A stretch of 64,000 nt of DNA. Source: Eledone cirrhosa. Taxonomy: Eukaryota. Within the stretch, counting starts at the first letter, position 1; each line of letters opens with the position of its first letter. A program made the position numbers and the translations under genes. The notes below the pieces were generated by a model. It saw only the letters and a list, made by a program, of their open reading frames with translations, was not told the origin of the DNA and ran no database searches. Location of the stretch: NCBI GenBank assembly GCA_964016885.1, contig OZ024740.1, positions 318,866,001 to 318,930,000 on the forward strand. Reading direction: 5' to 3'. Below, one piece after another: positions 41,180-58,290 of this stretch.

Positions 41180-43950
41180 TCTATTTCCACAACTTACATT
41201 CTATCTGACATTCTAACGACTCTACCCATTCGCTGTATTTCTACTACAATACTAACTTCAAATAATCCAGGATTGTCTCCTCTATTTCCACAACTTACAT
41301 TCTATGTCACATTCTAACGAGTCTACCAATTCGCTGTGTTTCTACTACAATACTCACAACAAATAAACCAGGATTGTCTCGTCTATTTCCACAACTTACA
41401 TTATATCTGACATACTAACGACTCTACGAATTCGAAGTCTTTCTACTACAATACTAACTTTAAACTATCCAGGATTGTCTCCTCTATTTCCACAACTTAC
41501 ATTCTATCTGACATTCTAACGACTCTACCAATTCGCTGTATTTCTACTACAATACTAACTTCAAATAATCCAGGATTGTATCGGCTATTTCCACAACTTA
41601 CATTCTATCTGACATTCTAACGACTCTACCAATTCGCTGTCTTTCTACTACAATACTAACAACATATAATCTAGGATTGTCTCGTCTATTTCCACAACTT
41701 ACAATCTATCTGATATTCGAACGACTCTACCAATTCGAAGTCTTTCTGCTACAATACTAAAAACAAATAATCCAGGATCGTCTCATCTATTTCCACAACT
41801 TACATTCTATCTGACATTCTAACGACTCTACCAATTCGATGTGTTTCTACTACAATACTCACGTCAAATAATCCAGGATTGTCTCGTCTATCTCCAGACC
41901 TTACATTCTATCTGACATTCTAACGACTCTACCAGTTCGCTGTATTTCTACTACAATACTCACAACAAATAATCCAGGATTGTCTCGTCTATTTCCACAA
42001 CTTACATTCTATCTCACATTCTAACGTGTCTACCAATTCGAAGTCTTTCTACTACAATACTAACTTTAAACAATCCAGGATTGTCTCCTCTATTTCCACA
42101 ACTTACATTCTATCTGACATTGAAACGACTCTACCAATTCGATGTCTTTGTACTACAATACTCACAAAAAAATAATCCAGGATTGTATCGTCTTTTTCCA
42201 CAACTTACATTCTATCTGACATTCTAACGACTCTACCAATTCGCTGTATTTCTACTACAATACTAACTTTAATTAGTCCAGGATTGTCTCATCTATTTCC
42301 ACAACTTACATTCTATCTGATATTCGAACGACACTACCAATTCGAAGTCTTTCTACTACAATACTAACAACAAATAATGCAGGATTATCTCGTCTATTTC
42401 CACAACTTACATTCTATCTGACATTCTAACGACTCTACCAATTCGAAGTCTTTCTATTACAATACTCACAACAAATAATCCAGGATTGTCTCGTCTATTT
42501 CCACAACTTACATTCTATCTGACATTCTAACGACTCTACCCATTCGCTGTATTTCTACTACAATACTAACTTCAAATAATCCAGGATTGTCTCCTCTATT
42601 TCCACAACTTACATTCTATGTCACATTCTAACGAGTCTACCAATTCGCTGTGTTTCTACTACAATACTCACAACAAATAAACCAGGATTGTCTCGTCTAT
42701 TTCCACAACTTACATTATATCTGACATACTAACGACTCTACGAATTCGAAGTCTTTCTACTACAATACTAACTTTAAACTATCCAGGATTGTCTCCTCTA
42801 TTTCCACAACTTACATTCTATCTGATATTCTAACGACTCTACCAATTCGCTGTATTTCTACTACAATACTAACTTCAAATAATCCAGGATTGTATCGGCT
42901 ATTTCCACAACTTACATTCTATCTGACATTCTAACGACTCAACCAATTCGCTGTCTTTCTACTACAATACTAACAACATATAATCTAGGATTGTCTCGTC
43001 TATTTCCACAACTTACAATCTATCTGATATTCGAACGACTCTACCAATTCGAAGTCTTTCTGCTACAATACTAACAACAAATAATCTAGGATTGTCTCGT
43101 CTATTTCCACAACTTACATTCTATCTGACATTCTAACGACTCTAACAATTCGAAGTCTTTCTACTACAATACTCACAACAAATAATCGAGGATCGTCTCA
43201 TCTATTTCCACAACTTACATTCTATCTGACATTCTAACGACTCTACCAATTCGATGTGTTACTACTACAATACTCACGTCAAATAATCCAGGATTGTCTC
43301 GTCTATCTCCAGACCTTACATTCTATCTGACATTCTAACGACTCTACCAGTTCGCTGTATTTCTACTACAATACTCACAACAAATAATCCAGGATTGTCT
43401 CGTCTATTTCCACAACTTACATTCTATCTCACATTCTAACGTGTCTACCAATTCGAAGTCTTTCTACTACAATACTAACTTTAAACAATCCAGGATTGTC
43501 TCCTCTATTTCCACAACTTACATTCTATCTGACATTGAAACGACTCTACCAATTCGATGTCTTTGTACTACAATACTCACAAAAAAATAATCCAGGATTG
43601 TATCGTCTTTTTCCACAACTTACATTCTATCTGACATTCTAACGACTCTACCAATTCGCTGTATTTCTACTACAATACTAACTTCAATTAGTCCAGGATT
43701 GTCTCATCTATTTCCACAACTTACATTCTATCTGATATTCGAACGACACTACCAATTCGAAGTCTTTCTACTACAATACTAACAACAAATAATGCAGGAT
43801 TATCTCGTCTATTTCCACAACTTACATTCTATCTGACATTCTAACGACTCTACCAATTCGAAGTCTTTCTATTACAATACTCACAACAAATAATCCAGGA
43901 TTGTCTCGTCTATTTCCACAACTTACATTCTATCTGACATTCTAACGACT
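41180..43950. repeat. Tandem 13-mer/14-mer duplication with a one-monomer difference
   Basis: Offset 1314 at GTCAC (41306/42620) and AAACC (41365/42679). Offset 1415 at AATGCAGGATTAT (42376/43791). Confidence 0.85.
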
Positions 43951-46900
43951 CTACGAATTCGCTGTCTTTCTACTACAATACTCACAACAAACAATCCAGG
44001 ATTGTCTCGTCTATTTCTACAACTTACATTCTATGTGACATTAAAACGACTCTATCAATTCGAAGTCTTTCTACTACAATACTAACGTCAAATAATCCAG
44101 GATTGTCTCGTCTATTTCCACAACTTACGTTCTATCTGACATTCTAACGACTCTACCAATTCGAATTCTTTATATTACAATACTCACAACAAATAATCCA
44201 CGACTGTCTGGTCTATTTCCACAACTTACATTCTATCTGACATTCTAACGACTCTACCAATTCGATGTGTTTCTACTACAATACTCACGACAAATAATCC
44301 AGGATTGTGTCGTCTATTTCCACAACTTACATTCTATCTGACATTCTAACGACTCTACGAATTCGCTGTCTTTCTACTACAATGCTCACAAAAAATAATC
44401 CACGACTGTCTCGTCTATTTCCACAACTTACATTCTATCTGACATTCTAACGACTCTACCAATTCGATGTGTTTCTACTACAATACTCACGACAAACAAT
44501 CCAGGATTGTGTCGTCTATTTCCACAACTTACATTCTATCTGACATTCTAACGACTCTACCAATTCGAAATCTTTCTACTACAATACTCACAACAAACAA
44601 TCCAGGATTGTCTCGTCTATTTCTACAACTTACATTCTATGTGACATTCAAACGACTCTATCAATTCGAAGTCTTTCTACTACAATACTAACGTCAAATA
44701 ATCCAGGATTGTCTCGTCTATTTCCACAACTTACGTTCTATCTGACATTCTAACTACTCTACCAATTCGAATTCTTTCTATCACAATACTCACAACAAAT
44801 AATCCAGGATTGTCTCGTCTATTTCCACAACTTACATTCTATCTGACATTCTAACAACTCTACGAATTCGCTGTCTTTCTACTACAATGCTCACAACAAA
44901 TAATCCACGACTGTCTCGTCTATTTCCACAACTTACATTCTATCTGACATTCTAACGACTCTACCAATTCGAAATCTTTCTACTACAATACTCACAACAA
45001 ACAATCCAGGATTGTCTCGTCTATTTCTACAACTTATATTCTATGTGACATTCAAACGACTCTATCAATTCGAAGTCTTTCTACAACAATGCTAACTTTA
45101 AATAATCCAGGATTGTCTCGTCTATCTCCAGACCTTACATTCTATCTGACATTCTAACGACTCTACCAGTTCGCTGTATTTCAACTACAATACTACCTTC
45201 AAATAATCCAGGATTGTCTCGTCTATTTCCACAACTTACATTCTATCTGATATTCTAACGACTCTACCCATTAGCTGTATTTCTACTACAATACTAACTT
45301 CAAATAATCCAGGATTGTCTCGTCTACTTCCACAAATCACATTCTATGTGATATTCTAACGACTCTACCAATTCGAAGTCTTTCTACTACAATACTAACA
45401 ACAAATAATCTGGGATCGTCTCGACTATTTCCACAACATACATTCTATCTGACATTCTAACGACTCTACCAATTCGAAGTTTTTCTAGTACAATACTAAC
45501 AACAAATAATCTGGGATTGTCTCGTCTATTTCCACAACATACATTCTATCTGACATTCTAACGACTCTACCAATTCGAAGTTTTTCTACTACAATACTCC
45601 CAACAAATAATCAAGGATTGTATCGTCTATTTCCACAACTTACATTCTATCTGACATTCTAACGACTCTACCAATTCGCTGTATTTCTACTACAATACTA
45701 ACTTCAAATAATCCAGGATTGTCTCCTCTATTTCCACAACTTACATTCTATGTCACATTCTAACGAGTCTACCAATTCGCTGTGTTTCTACTACAATACT
45801 CACAACAAATAAACCAGGATTGTCTCGTCTATTTCCACAACTTACATTATATCTGACATACTAACGACTCTACGAATTCGAAGTCTTTCTACTACAATAC
45901 TAACTTTAAACTATCCAGGATTGTCTCGTCTATTTCCACAACGTACATTCTATCTGACATTCTAACGACTCTACCAATTCGATGTGTTTCTACTACAATA
46001 CTCACGTCAAATAATCCAGGATTGTCTCGTCTATCTCCAGACCTTACATTCTATCTGACATTCTAACGACTCTACCAGTTCGCTGTATTTCTACTACAAT
46101 ACTCACAACAATTAATCCAGGATTGTCTCGTCTATTTCCACAACTTACATTCTATCTCACTTTCTAACGTGTCTACCAATTCGAAGTCTTTCTACTACAA
46201 TACTAACTTTAAACAATCCAGGATTGTCTCCTCTATTTCCACAACTTACATTCTATCTGACATTGAAACGACTCTACCAATTCGATGTCTTTGTACTACA
46301 ATACTCACAAAAAAATAATCCAGGATTGTATCGTCTTTTTCCACAACTTACATTCTATCTGACATTCTAACGACTCTACCAATTCGCTGTATTTCTACTA
46401 CAATACTAACTTCAATTAGTCCAGGATTGTCTCATCTATTTCCACAACTAACATTCTATCTGATATTCGAACGACTCTACCAATTCGAAGTCTTTCTACT
46501 ACAATACTCACAACAAACAATCCAGGATTGTCTCGTCTATTTCTACAACTTACATTCTATGTGACATTAAAACGACTCTATCAATTCGAAGTCTTTCTAC
46601 TACAATACTAACGTCAAATAATCCAGGATTGTCTCGTCTATTTCCACAACTTACGTTCTATCTGACATTCTAACGACTCTACCAATTCGAATTCTTTATA
46701 TTACAATACTCACAACAAACAATCCAGGATTGTCTCGTCTATTTCTACAACTTACATTCTATGTGACATTAAAACGACTCTATCAATTCGAAGTCTTTCC
46801 ACTACAATACTAACAACAAATAATCTGGGATTGTCTCGTCTATTTCCACAACATACATTCTATCTGACATTCTAACGACTCTACCAATTCGAAGTTTTTC

Positions 46901-49900
46901 TACTACAATACTCCCAACAAATAATCAAGGATTGTATCGTCGATTTCCACAACTTACATTCTATCTGACATTCTAACGACTCTACTCATTCGCTGTATTT
47001 CTACTACAATACTAACTTCAAATAATCCAGGATTGTCTCCTCTATTTCCACAACTTACATTCTATGTCACATTCTAACGAGTCTACCAATTCGCTGTGTT
47101 TCTACTACAATACTCACAACAAATAAACCAGGATTGTCTCGTCTATTTCCACAACTTACATTATATCTGACATACTAACGACTCTACGAATTCGAAGTCT
47201 TTCTACTACAATACTAACTTTAAACTATCCAGGATTGTCTCCTCTATTTCCACAACTTACATTCTATCTGACATTCTAACGACTCTACCAATTCGATGTG
47301 TTTCTACTACAATACTCACGACAAATAATCCAGGATTGTCTCGTCTATTTCCACAACTTACATTCTATCTGACATTCTAACGACTCTACGAATTCGCTGT
47401 CTTTCTACTACAATGCTCACAAAAAATAATCCACGACTGTCTCGTCTATTTCCACAACTTACATTCTATCTGACATTCTAACGACTCTACCAATTCGAAA
47501 TCTTTCTACTACAATACTCACAACAAACAATCCAGGATTGTCTCGTCTATTTCTACAACTTACATTCTATGTGACATTCAAACGACTCTATCAATTCGAA
47601 GTCTTTCTACTACAATACTAACGTCAAATAATCCAGGATTGTCTCGTCTATTTCCACAACGTACATTCTATCTGACATTCTAACGACTCTAACAATTCGA
47701 AGTCTTTCTACTACAATACTCACAACAAATAATCCAGGATCGTCTCATCTATTTCCACAACTTACATTCTATCTGACATTCTAACGACTCTACCAATTCG
47801 ATGTGTTTCTACTACAATACTCACGTCAAATAATCCAGGATTGTCTCGTCTATCTCCAGACCTTACATTCTATCTGACATTCTAACGACTCTACCAGTTT
47901 GCTGTATTTCTACTACAATACTCACTACAAATAATCCAGGATTGTCTCGTCTATTTCCACAACTTACATTCTATCTCACATTCTAACGTGTCTAACAATT
48001 CGAAGTCTTTCTACTACAATACTAACTTTAAACAATCCAGGATTGTCTCCTCTATTTCCACAACTTACATTCTATCTGACATTGAAACGACTCTACCAAT
48101 TCGATGTCTTTGTACTACAATACTCACAACAAACAATCCAGGATTGTCTCGTCTATTTCTACAACTTACATTCTATGTGACATTCAAACGACTCTATCAA
48201 TTCGAAGTCTTTCTACAACAATACTAACGTAAAATAATCCAGGATTGTCTCGTCCATTTCCACAACTTACATTCTATCTGACATTCTAACGACTCTACCA
48301 GTTCGCTGTATTTCAACTACAATACTACCTTCAAATAATCCAGGATTGTCTCGTCTATTTCCACAACTTACATTCTATCTGATATTCTAACGACTCTACC
48401 CATTAGCTGTATTTCTACTACAATACTAACTTCAAATAATCCAGGATTGTCTCGTCTACTTCCACAAATCACATTCTATGTGATATTCTAACGACTCTAC
48501 CAATTCGAAGTCTTTCTACTACAATACTCACAACAAATAATCCATATTGTCTCGTCTATTTCCACAACTCACATTCTATCTGACATTCTAACGACTCTAT
48601 CAATTCGAAGTCTTTCTACTACAATACTAACGTCAAATAATCCAGGATCGTCTCGTCTATTTCCACAACTTACATTCTATCTGACATTCTATCGACTCTA
48701 CCAATTCGAAGTCTTTCCACTACAATACTAACAACAAATAATCTGGGATTGTCTCGTCTATTTCCACAACATACATTCTATCTGACATTCTAACGACTCT
48801 ACCAATTCGAAGTTTTTCTACTACAATACTCCCAACAAATAATCAAGGATTGTATCGTCGATTTCCACAACTTACATTCTATCTGACATTCTAACGACTC
48901 TACTCATTCGCTGTATTTCTACTACAATACTAACTTCAAATAATCCAGGATTGTCTCCTCTATTTCCACAACTTACATTCTATGTCACATTCTAACGAGT
49001 CTACCAATTTGCTGTGTTTCTACTACAATACTCACAACAAATAAACCAGGATTGTCTCGTCTATTTCCACAACTTACATTATATCTGACATACTAACGAC
49101 TCTACGAATTCGAAGTCTTTCTACTACAATACTAACTTTAAACTATCCAGGATTGTCTCCTCTATTTCCACAACTTACATTCTATCTGACATTCTAACGA
49201 CTCTACCAATTCGATGTGTTTCTACTACAATACTCACGTCAAATAATCCAGGATTGTCTCGTCTATCTCCAGACCTTACATTCTATCTGACATTCTAACG
49301 ACTCTACCAGTTCGCTGTATTTCTACTACAATACTCACAACAATTAATCCAGGATTGTCTCGTCTATTTCCACAACTTACATTCTATCTCACTTTCTAAC
49401 GTGTCTACCAATTCGAAGTCTTTCTACTACAATACTAACTTTAAACAATCCAGGATTGTCTCCTCTATTTCCACAACTTACATTCTATCTGACATTGAAA
49501 CGACTCTACCAATTCGATGTCTTTGTACTACAATACTCACAAAAAAATAATCCAGGATTGTATCGTCTTTTTCCACAACTTACATTCTATCTGACATTCT
49601 AACGACTCTACCAATTCGCTGTATTTCTACTACAATACTAACTTCAATTAGTCCAGGATTGTCTCATCTATTTCCACAACTAACATTCTATCTGATATTC
49701 TAACGACTCTACCAATTCGAAGTCTTTCTACTACAATACTCACAACAAACAATCCAGGATTGTCTCGTCTATTTCTACAACTTACATTCTATGTGACATT
49801 AAAACGACTCTATCAATTCGAAGTCTTTCTACTACAATACTAACGTCAAATAATCCAGGATTGTCTCGTCTATTTCCACAACTTACGTTCTATCTGACAT

Positions 49901-52900
49901 TCTAACGACTCTACCAATTCGAATTCTTTATATTACAATACTCACAACAAATAATCCACGACTGTCTCGTCTATTTCCACAACTTACATTCTATCTGACA
50001 TTCTAACGACTCTACCAATTCGATGTGTTTCTACTACAATACTCACGACAAATAATCCAGGATTGTCTCGTCTATTTCCACAACTTACATTCTATCTGAC
50101 ATTCTAACGACTCTACGAATTCGCTGTCTTTCTACTACAATGCTCACAAAAAATAATCCACGACTGTCTCGTCTATTTCCACAACTTACATTCTATCTGA
50201 CATTCTAACGACTCTACCAATTCGAAATCTTTCTACTACAATACTCACAACAAACAATCCAGGATTGTCTCGTCTATTTCTACAACTTACATTCTATGTG
50301 ACATTCAAACGACTCTATCAATTCGAAGTATTTCTACTACAATACTAACGTCAAATAATCCAGGATTGTCTCGTCTATTTCCACAACTTACGTACTATCT
50401 GACATTCTAACGACTCTACCAATTCGAATTCTTTCTATTACAATACTCACAACAAATAATCCAGGATTGTCTCGTCTATTTCCACAACTTACATTCTATC
50501 TGACATTCTAACGACTCTACGAATTCGCTGTCTTTCTACTACAATGCTCACAACAAATAATCCACGACTGTCTCGTCTATTTCCACAACTTACATTCTAT
50601 CTGACATTCTAACGACTCTACCAATTCGAAATCTTTCTACTACAATACTCACAACAAACAATCCAGGATTGTCTCGTCTATTTCTACAACTTACATTCTA
50701 TGTGACATTCAAACGACTCTATCAATTCGAAGTCTTTCTACAACAATACTAACGTAAAATAATCCAGGATTGTCTCGTCCATTTCCACAACTTACATTCT
50801 ATCTGACATTCTAACGACTCTACCAATTCGAAGTCTTTCTACTACAATACTAACTTTAAATAATCCAGGATTGTCTCGTCTATTTCCACAACTTACATTC
50901 TATCTGATATTCTAACGACTCTACCCATTCGCTGTATTTCTACTACAATACTAACTTCAAATAATCCAGGATTGTCTCGTCTACTTCCACAACTTACATT
51001 CTATGTGATATTCTAACGACTCTACCAATTCGAAGTCTTTCTACTACAATACTCACAACAAATAATCCATGTTGTCTCGTCTATTTCCACAACTTACATT
51101 CTATCTGACATTCAAACGACCCTATCAATTCGAAGTCTTTCTACTACAATACTAACGTCAAATAATCCAAGAATTGTCTCGTCTATTTCCACAACTTACG
51201 TTCTATCTGACATTCTAACGACTCTACCAATTCGAATTCTTTATATTACAATACTCACAACAAATAATCCACGACTGTCTCGTCTATTTCCACAACTTAC
51301 ATTCTATCTGACATTCTAACGACTCTACCAATTCGATGTGTTTCTACTACAATACTCACGACAAATAATCCAGGATTGTCTCGTCTATTTCCACAACTTA
51401 CATTCTATCTGACATTCTAACGACTCTACGAATTCGCTGTCTTTCTACTACAATGCTCACAAAAAATAATCCACGAATGTCTCGTCTATTTCCACAACTT
51501 ACATTCTATCTGACATTCTAACGACTCTACCAATTCGAAATCTTTCTACTACAATACTCACAACAAACAATCCAGGATTGTCTCGTCTATTTCTACAACT
51601 TACATTCTATGTGACATTCAAACGACTCTATCAATTCGAAGTCTTTCTACTACAATACTAACGTCAATTAATCCAGGATTGTCACGTCTATTTCCACAAC
51701 TTACGTTCTATCTGACATTCTAACGACTCTAACAATTCGAATTCTTTCTATTACAATACTCACAACAAATAATCCAGGATTGTCTCGTCTATTTCCACAA
51801 CTTACATTCTATCTGACATTCTAACGACTCTACGAATACGCTGTCTTTCTACTACAATGCTCACAACAAATAATCCACGACTGTCTCGTCTATTTCCACA
51901 ACTTACATTCTATCTGACATTCTAACGACTCTACCAATTCGAAATCTTTCTACTACAATACTCACAACAAACAATCCAGGATTGTCTCGTCTATTTCTAC
52001 AACTTACATTCTATGTGACATTCAAACGACTCTATCAATTCGAAGTCTTTCTACAACAATACTAACGTAAAATAATCCAGGATCGTCTCGTCTATTTCCA
52101 CAACTTACATTCTATCTGACATTCGAACGACTCTACCAATTCGAAGTCTTTCTACTACAATACTAACAACAAATAATCTGGGATTGTCTCCTCTATTTCC
52201 ACAACTTACATTCTATGTCACATTCTAACGAGTCTACCAATTCGAAGTTTTTCTACTACAATACTCCCAACAAATAATCAAGGATTGTATCGTCTATTTC
52301 CACAACTTACATTCTATCTGACATTCTAACGACTCTACCCATTCGCTGTATTTCTACTACAATACTAACTTCAAATAATCCAGGATTGTCTCCTCTATTT
52401 CCACAACTTACATTCTATGTCACATTCTAACGAGTCTACCAATTCGCTGTGTTTCTACTACAATACTCACAACAAATAAACCAGGATTGTCTCGTCTATT
52501 TCCACAACTTACATTATATCTGACATACTAACGACTCTACGAATTCGAAGTCTTTCTACTACAATACTAACTTTAAACTATCCAGGATTGTCTCCTCTAT
52601 TTCCACAACTTACATTCTATCTGACATTCTAACGACTCTACCAATTCGCTGTATTTCTACTACAATACTAACTTCAAATAATCCATGATTGTATCGGCTA
52701 TTTCCACAACTTACATTCTATCTGACATTCTAACGACTCTACCTATTCGCTGTCTTTCTACTATAATACTAACAACATATAATCTAGGATTGTCTCGTCT
52801 ATTTCCACAACTTACAATCTATCTGATATTCGAACGTCTCTACCAATTCGAAGTCTTTCTGCTACAATACTAACAACAAATAATCTAGGATTGTCTCGTC

Positions 52901-54489
52901 TATTTCCACAACTTACATTCTATCTGACATTCTAACGACTCTAACAATTCGAAGTCTTTCTACTACAATACTCACAACAAATAATCCAGGATCGTCTTAT
53001 CTATTTCCACAACTTACATTCTATCTGACATTCTAACGACTCTACCAATTCGATGTGTTTCTACTACAATACTCACGTCAAATAATCCAGGATTGTCTCG
53101 TCTATCTCCAGACCTTACATTCTATCTGACATTCTAACGACTCTACCAGTTCGCTGTATTTCTACTACAATACTCACAACAAATAATCCAGGATTGTCTC
53201 GTCTATTTCCACAACTTACATTCTATCTCACATTCTATCGTGTCTACCAATTCGAAGTCTTTCTACTACAATACTAACTTTAAACAATCCAGGATTGTCT
53301 CCTCTATTTCCACAACTTACATTCTATCTGACATTGAAACGACTCTACCAATTCGATGTCTTTGTACTACAATACTCACAACAAACAATCCAGGATTGTC
53401 TCGTCTATTTCTACGACTTACATTCTATGTGACATTCAAACGACTCTATCAATTCGAAGTCTTTCAACAACAATACTCACGTAAAATAATCCAGGATTGT
53501 CTCGTCCATTTCCACAACTTACATTCTATCTGACATTCTAACGACTCTACCAATTCGAAGTCTTTCTACTACAATACTAACTTTAAATAATCCAGGATTG
53601 TCTCGTCTATCTCCAGACCTTACATTCTATCTGACATTCTAACGACTCTACCAGTTCGCTGTATTTCAACTACAATACTACCTTCAAATAATCCAGGATT
53701 GTCTCGTCTATTTCCACAACTTACATTCTATCTGATATTCTAACGACTCTACCCATTCGCTGTATTTCTACTACAATACTAACTTCAAATAATCCAGGAT
53801 TGTCTCGTCTACTTCCACAAATCACATTCTATGTGATATTCTAACGACTCTACCAATTCGAAGTCTTTCTACTACAATACTCACAACAAATAATCCATAT
53901 TGTCTCGTCTATTTCCACAACTCACATTCTATCTGACATTCTAACGACTCTATCAATTTGAAGTCTTTCTACTACAATACTAACGTCAAATTATCCAGGA
54001 TCGTCTCGTCCATTTCCACAACTTACATTCTATCTGACATTCTAACGAGTCTACCAATTCGAAGTCTTTCTACTACAATACTAACTTTAAATAATCCAGG
54101 ATTGTCTCGTCTATCTCCAGACCTTACATTCTATCTGACATTCTAACGACTCTACCAGTTCGCTGTATTTCAACTACAATACTACCTTCAAATAATCCAG
54201 GATTGTCTCGTCTATATCCGCAACTTACATTCTATCTGACATTCTAACGACTCTACCAATTCGAAGTCTTTCTACTACAATACTAACAACAAATAATCTG
54301 GGATTGTCTCGTCTATTTCCACAACTTACATTCTATCTGACATTCTAACGACTCTACCCATTCGCTGTATTTCTACTACAATACTAACTTCAAATAATCC
54401 AGGATTGTCTCCTCTATTTCCACAACTTACATTCTATGTCACATTCTAACGAGTCTACCAATTCGCTGTGTTTCTACTACAATACTCAC

Positions 54490-57310
54490 AACAAATAAAC
54501 CAGGATTGTCTCGTCTATTTCCACAACTTACATTATATCTGACATACTAACGACTCTACGAATTCGAAGACTTTCTACTACAATACTAACTTTAAACTAT
54601 CCAGGATTGTCTCCTCTATTTCCACAACTTACATTCTATCTGACATTCTAACGACTCTACCAATTCGCTGTATTTCTACTACAATACTAACTTCAAATAA
54701 TCCAGGATTGTATCGGCTATTTCCACAACTTACATTCTATCTGACATTCTAACGACTCTACCAATTCGCTGTCTTTCTACTACAATACTAACAACATATA
54801 ATCTAGGATTGTCTCGTCTATTTCCACAACTTACAATCTATCTGATATTCGAACGACTCTACCAATTCGAAGTCTTTCTGCTACAATACTAACAACAAAT
54901 AATCTAGGATTGTCTCGTCTATTTCCACAACTTACATTCTATCTGACATTCTAACGACTCTAACAATTCGAAGTCTTTCTACTACAATACTCACAACAAA
55001 TAATCCAGGATTGTCTCATCTATTTCCACAACTTACATTCTATCTGACATTCTAACGACTCTACCAATTCGATGTGTTTCTACTACAATACTCACGTCAA
55101 ATAATCCAGGATTGTCTCGTCTATCTCCAGACCTTACATTCTATCTGACATTCTAACGACTCTACCAGTTCGCTGTATTTCTACTACAATACTCACAACA
55201 AATAATCCAGGATTGTCTCGTCTATTTCCACAACTTACATTCTATCTCACATTCTAACGTGTCTACCAATTCGAAGTCTTTCTACTACAATACTAACTTT
55301 AAACAATCCAGGATTGTCTCCTCTATTTCCACAACTTACATTCTATCTGACATTGAAACGACTCTACCAATTCGATGTCTTTGTACTACAATACTCACAA
55401 AAAAATAATCCAGGATTGTATCGTCTTTTTCCACAACTTACATTCTATCTGACATTCTAACGACTCTACCAATTCGCTGTATTTCTACTACAATACTAAC
55501 TTCAATTAGTCCAGGATTGTCTCATCTATTTCCACAACCTACATTCTATCTGATATTCGAACGACTCTACCAATTCGAAGTCTTTCTACTACAATACTCA
55601 CAACAAACAATCCAGGATTGTCTCGTCTATTTCTACAACTTACATTCTATGTGACATTAAAACGACTCTATCAATTCGAAGTCTTTCTACTACAATACTA
55701 ACGTCAAATAATCCAGGATTGTCTCGTCTATTTCCACAACTTACGTTCTATCTGACATTCTAACGACTCTACCAATTCGAATTCTTTATATTACAATACT
55801 CACAACAAATAATCCACGACTGTCTGGTCTATTTCCACAACTTACATTCTATCTGACATTCTAACGACTCTACCAATTCGATGTGTTTCTACTACAATAC
55901 ACACAACAAATAAACCAGGATTGTCTCATCTATTTCCACAACTTACATTATATCTGACATACTAACGACTCTACGAATTCGAAGACTTTCTACTACAATA
56001 CTAACTTTAAACTATCCAGGATTGTCTCCTCTATTTCCACAACTTACATTCTATCTGACATTCTAACGACTCTACCAATTCGCTGTATTTCTACTACAAT
56101 ACTAACTTCAAATAATCCAGGATTGTATCGGCTATTTCCACAACTTACATTCTATCTGACATTCTAACGACTCTACCAATTCGCTGTCTTTCTACTACAA
56201 TACTAACAACATATAATCTAGGATTGTCTCGTCTATTTCCACAACTTACAATCTATCTGATATTCGAACGACTCTACCAATTCGAAGTCTTTCTGCTACA
56301 ATACTAACAACAAATAATCTAGGATTGTCTCGTCTATTTCCACAACTTACATTCTATCTGACATTCTAACGACTCTAACAATTCGAAGTCTTTCTACTAC
56401 AATACTCACAACAAATAATCCAGGATTGTCTCATCTATTTCCACAACTTACATTCTATCTGACATTCTAACGACTCTACCAATTCGATGTGTTTCTACTA
56501 CAATACTCACGTCAAATAATCCAGGATTGTCTCGTCTATCTCCAGACCTTACATTCTATCTGACATTCTAACGACTCTACCAGTTCGCTGTATTTCTACT
56601 ACAATACTCACAACAAATAATCCAGGATTGTCTCGTCTATTTCCACAACTTACATTCTATCTCACATTCTAACGTGTCTACCAATTCGAAGTCTTTCTAC
56701 TACAATACTAACTTTAAACAATCCAGGATTGTCTCCTCTATTTCCACAACTTACATTCTATCTGACATTGAAACGACTCTACCAATTCGATGTCTTTGTA
56801 CTACAATACTCACAAAAAAATAATCCAGGATTGTATCGTCTTTTTCCACAACTTACATTCTATCTGACATTCTAACGACTCTACCAATTCGCTGTATTTC
56901 TACTACAATACTAACTTCAATTAGTCCAGGATTGTCTCATCTATTTCCACAACTTACATTCTATCTGATATTCGAACGACTCTACCAATTCGAAGTCTTT
57001 CTACTACAATACTCACAACAAACAATCCAGGATTGTCTCGTCTATTTCTACAACTTACATTCTATGTGACATTAAAACGACTCTATCAATTCGAAGTCTT
57101 TCTACTACAATACTAACGTCAAATAATCCAGGATTGTCTCGTCTATTTCCACAACTTACGTTCTATCTGACATTCTAACGACTCTACCAATTCGAATTCT
57201 TTATATTACAATACTCACAACAAATAATCCACGACTGTCTCGTCTATTTCCACAACTTACATTCTATCTGACATTCTAACGACTCTACCAATTCTATGTG
57301 TTTCTACTAC
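54490..57310. repeat. Tandem duplication of a 14-monomer block (period 1415 bp)
   Basis: AAACC at 54497/55912 and GAAGAC at 54566/55981, with the same monomer order following. Confidence 0.87.
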
Positions 57311-58290
57311 AATACTCACGACAAATAATCCAGGATTGTCTCGTCTATTTCCACAACTTACATTCTATCTGACATTCTAACGACTCTACGAATTCGCTGT
57401 CTTTCTACTACAATGCTCACAAAAAATAATCCACGACTGTCTCGTCTATTTCCACAACTTACATTCTATCTGACATTCTAACGACTCTACCAATTCGAAA
57501 TCTTTCTACTACAATACTCACAACAAACAATCCAGGATTGTCTCGTCTATTTCTACAACTTACATTCTATGTGACATTCAAACGACTCTATGAATTCGAA
57601 GTCTTTCTACTACAATACTAACGTCAAATAATCCAGGATTGTCTCGTCTATTTCCACAACTTACGTTCTATCTGACATTCTAACGACTCTACCAATTCGA
57701 ATTCTTTATATTACAATACTCACAACAAATAATCCACGACTGTCTCGTCTATTTCCACAACTTACATTCTATCTGACATTCTAACGACTCTACCAATTCG
57801 CTGTATTTCTACTACAATACTCACGACAAATAATCCAGGATTGTCTCGTCTATTTCCACAACTTACATTCTATCTGACATTCTAACGACTCTACGAATTC
57901 GCTGTCTTTCTACTACAATGCTCACAAAAAATAATCCACGACTGTCTCGTCTATTTCCACAACTTACATTCTATCTGACATTCTAACGACTCTACCAATT
58001 CGAAATCTTTCTACTACAATACTCACAACAAACAATCCAGGATTGTCTCGTCTATTTCTACAACTTACATTCTATGTGACATTCAAACGACTCTATCAAT
58101 TCGAAGTCTTTCTACTACAATACTAACGTCAAATAATCCAGAATTGTCTCGTCTATTTCCACAACTTACGTTCTATCTGACATTCTAACGACTCTACCAA
58201 TTCGAATTCTTTCTATTACAATACTCACAACAAATAATCCAGGATTGTCTCGTCTATTTCCACAACTTACATTCTATCTGACATTCTAAC
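57010..58290. repeat. Local 5-mer repeat (period 505 bp, ~2.5 copies)
   Basis: TT(A/C)TATTACA following GAATTC at 57201, 57706 and 58211. Confidence 0.8.
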
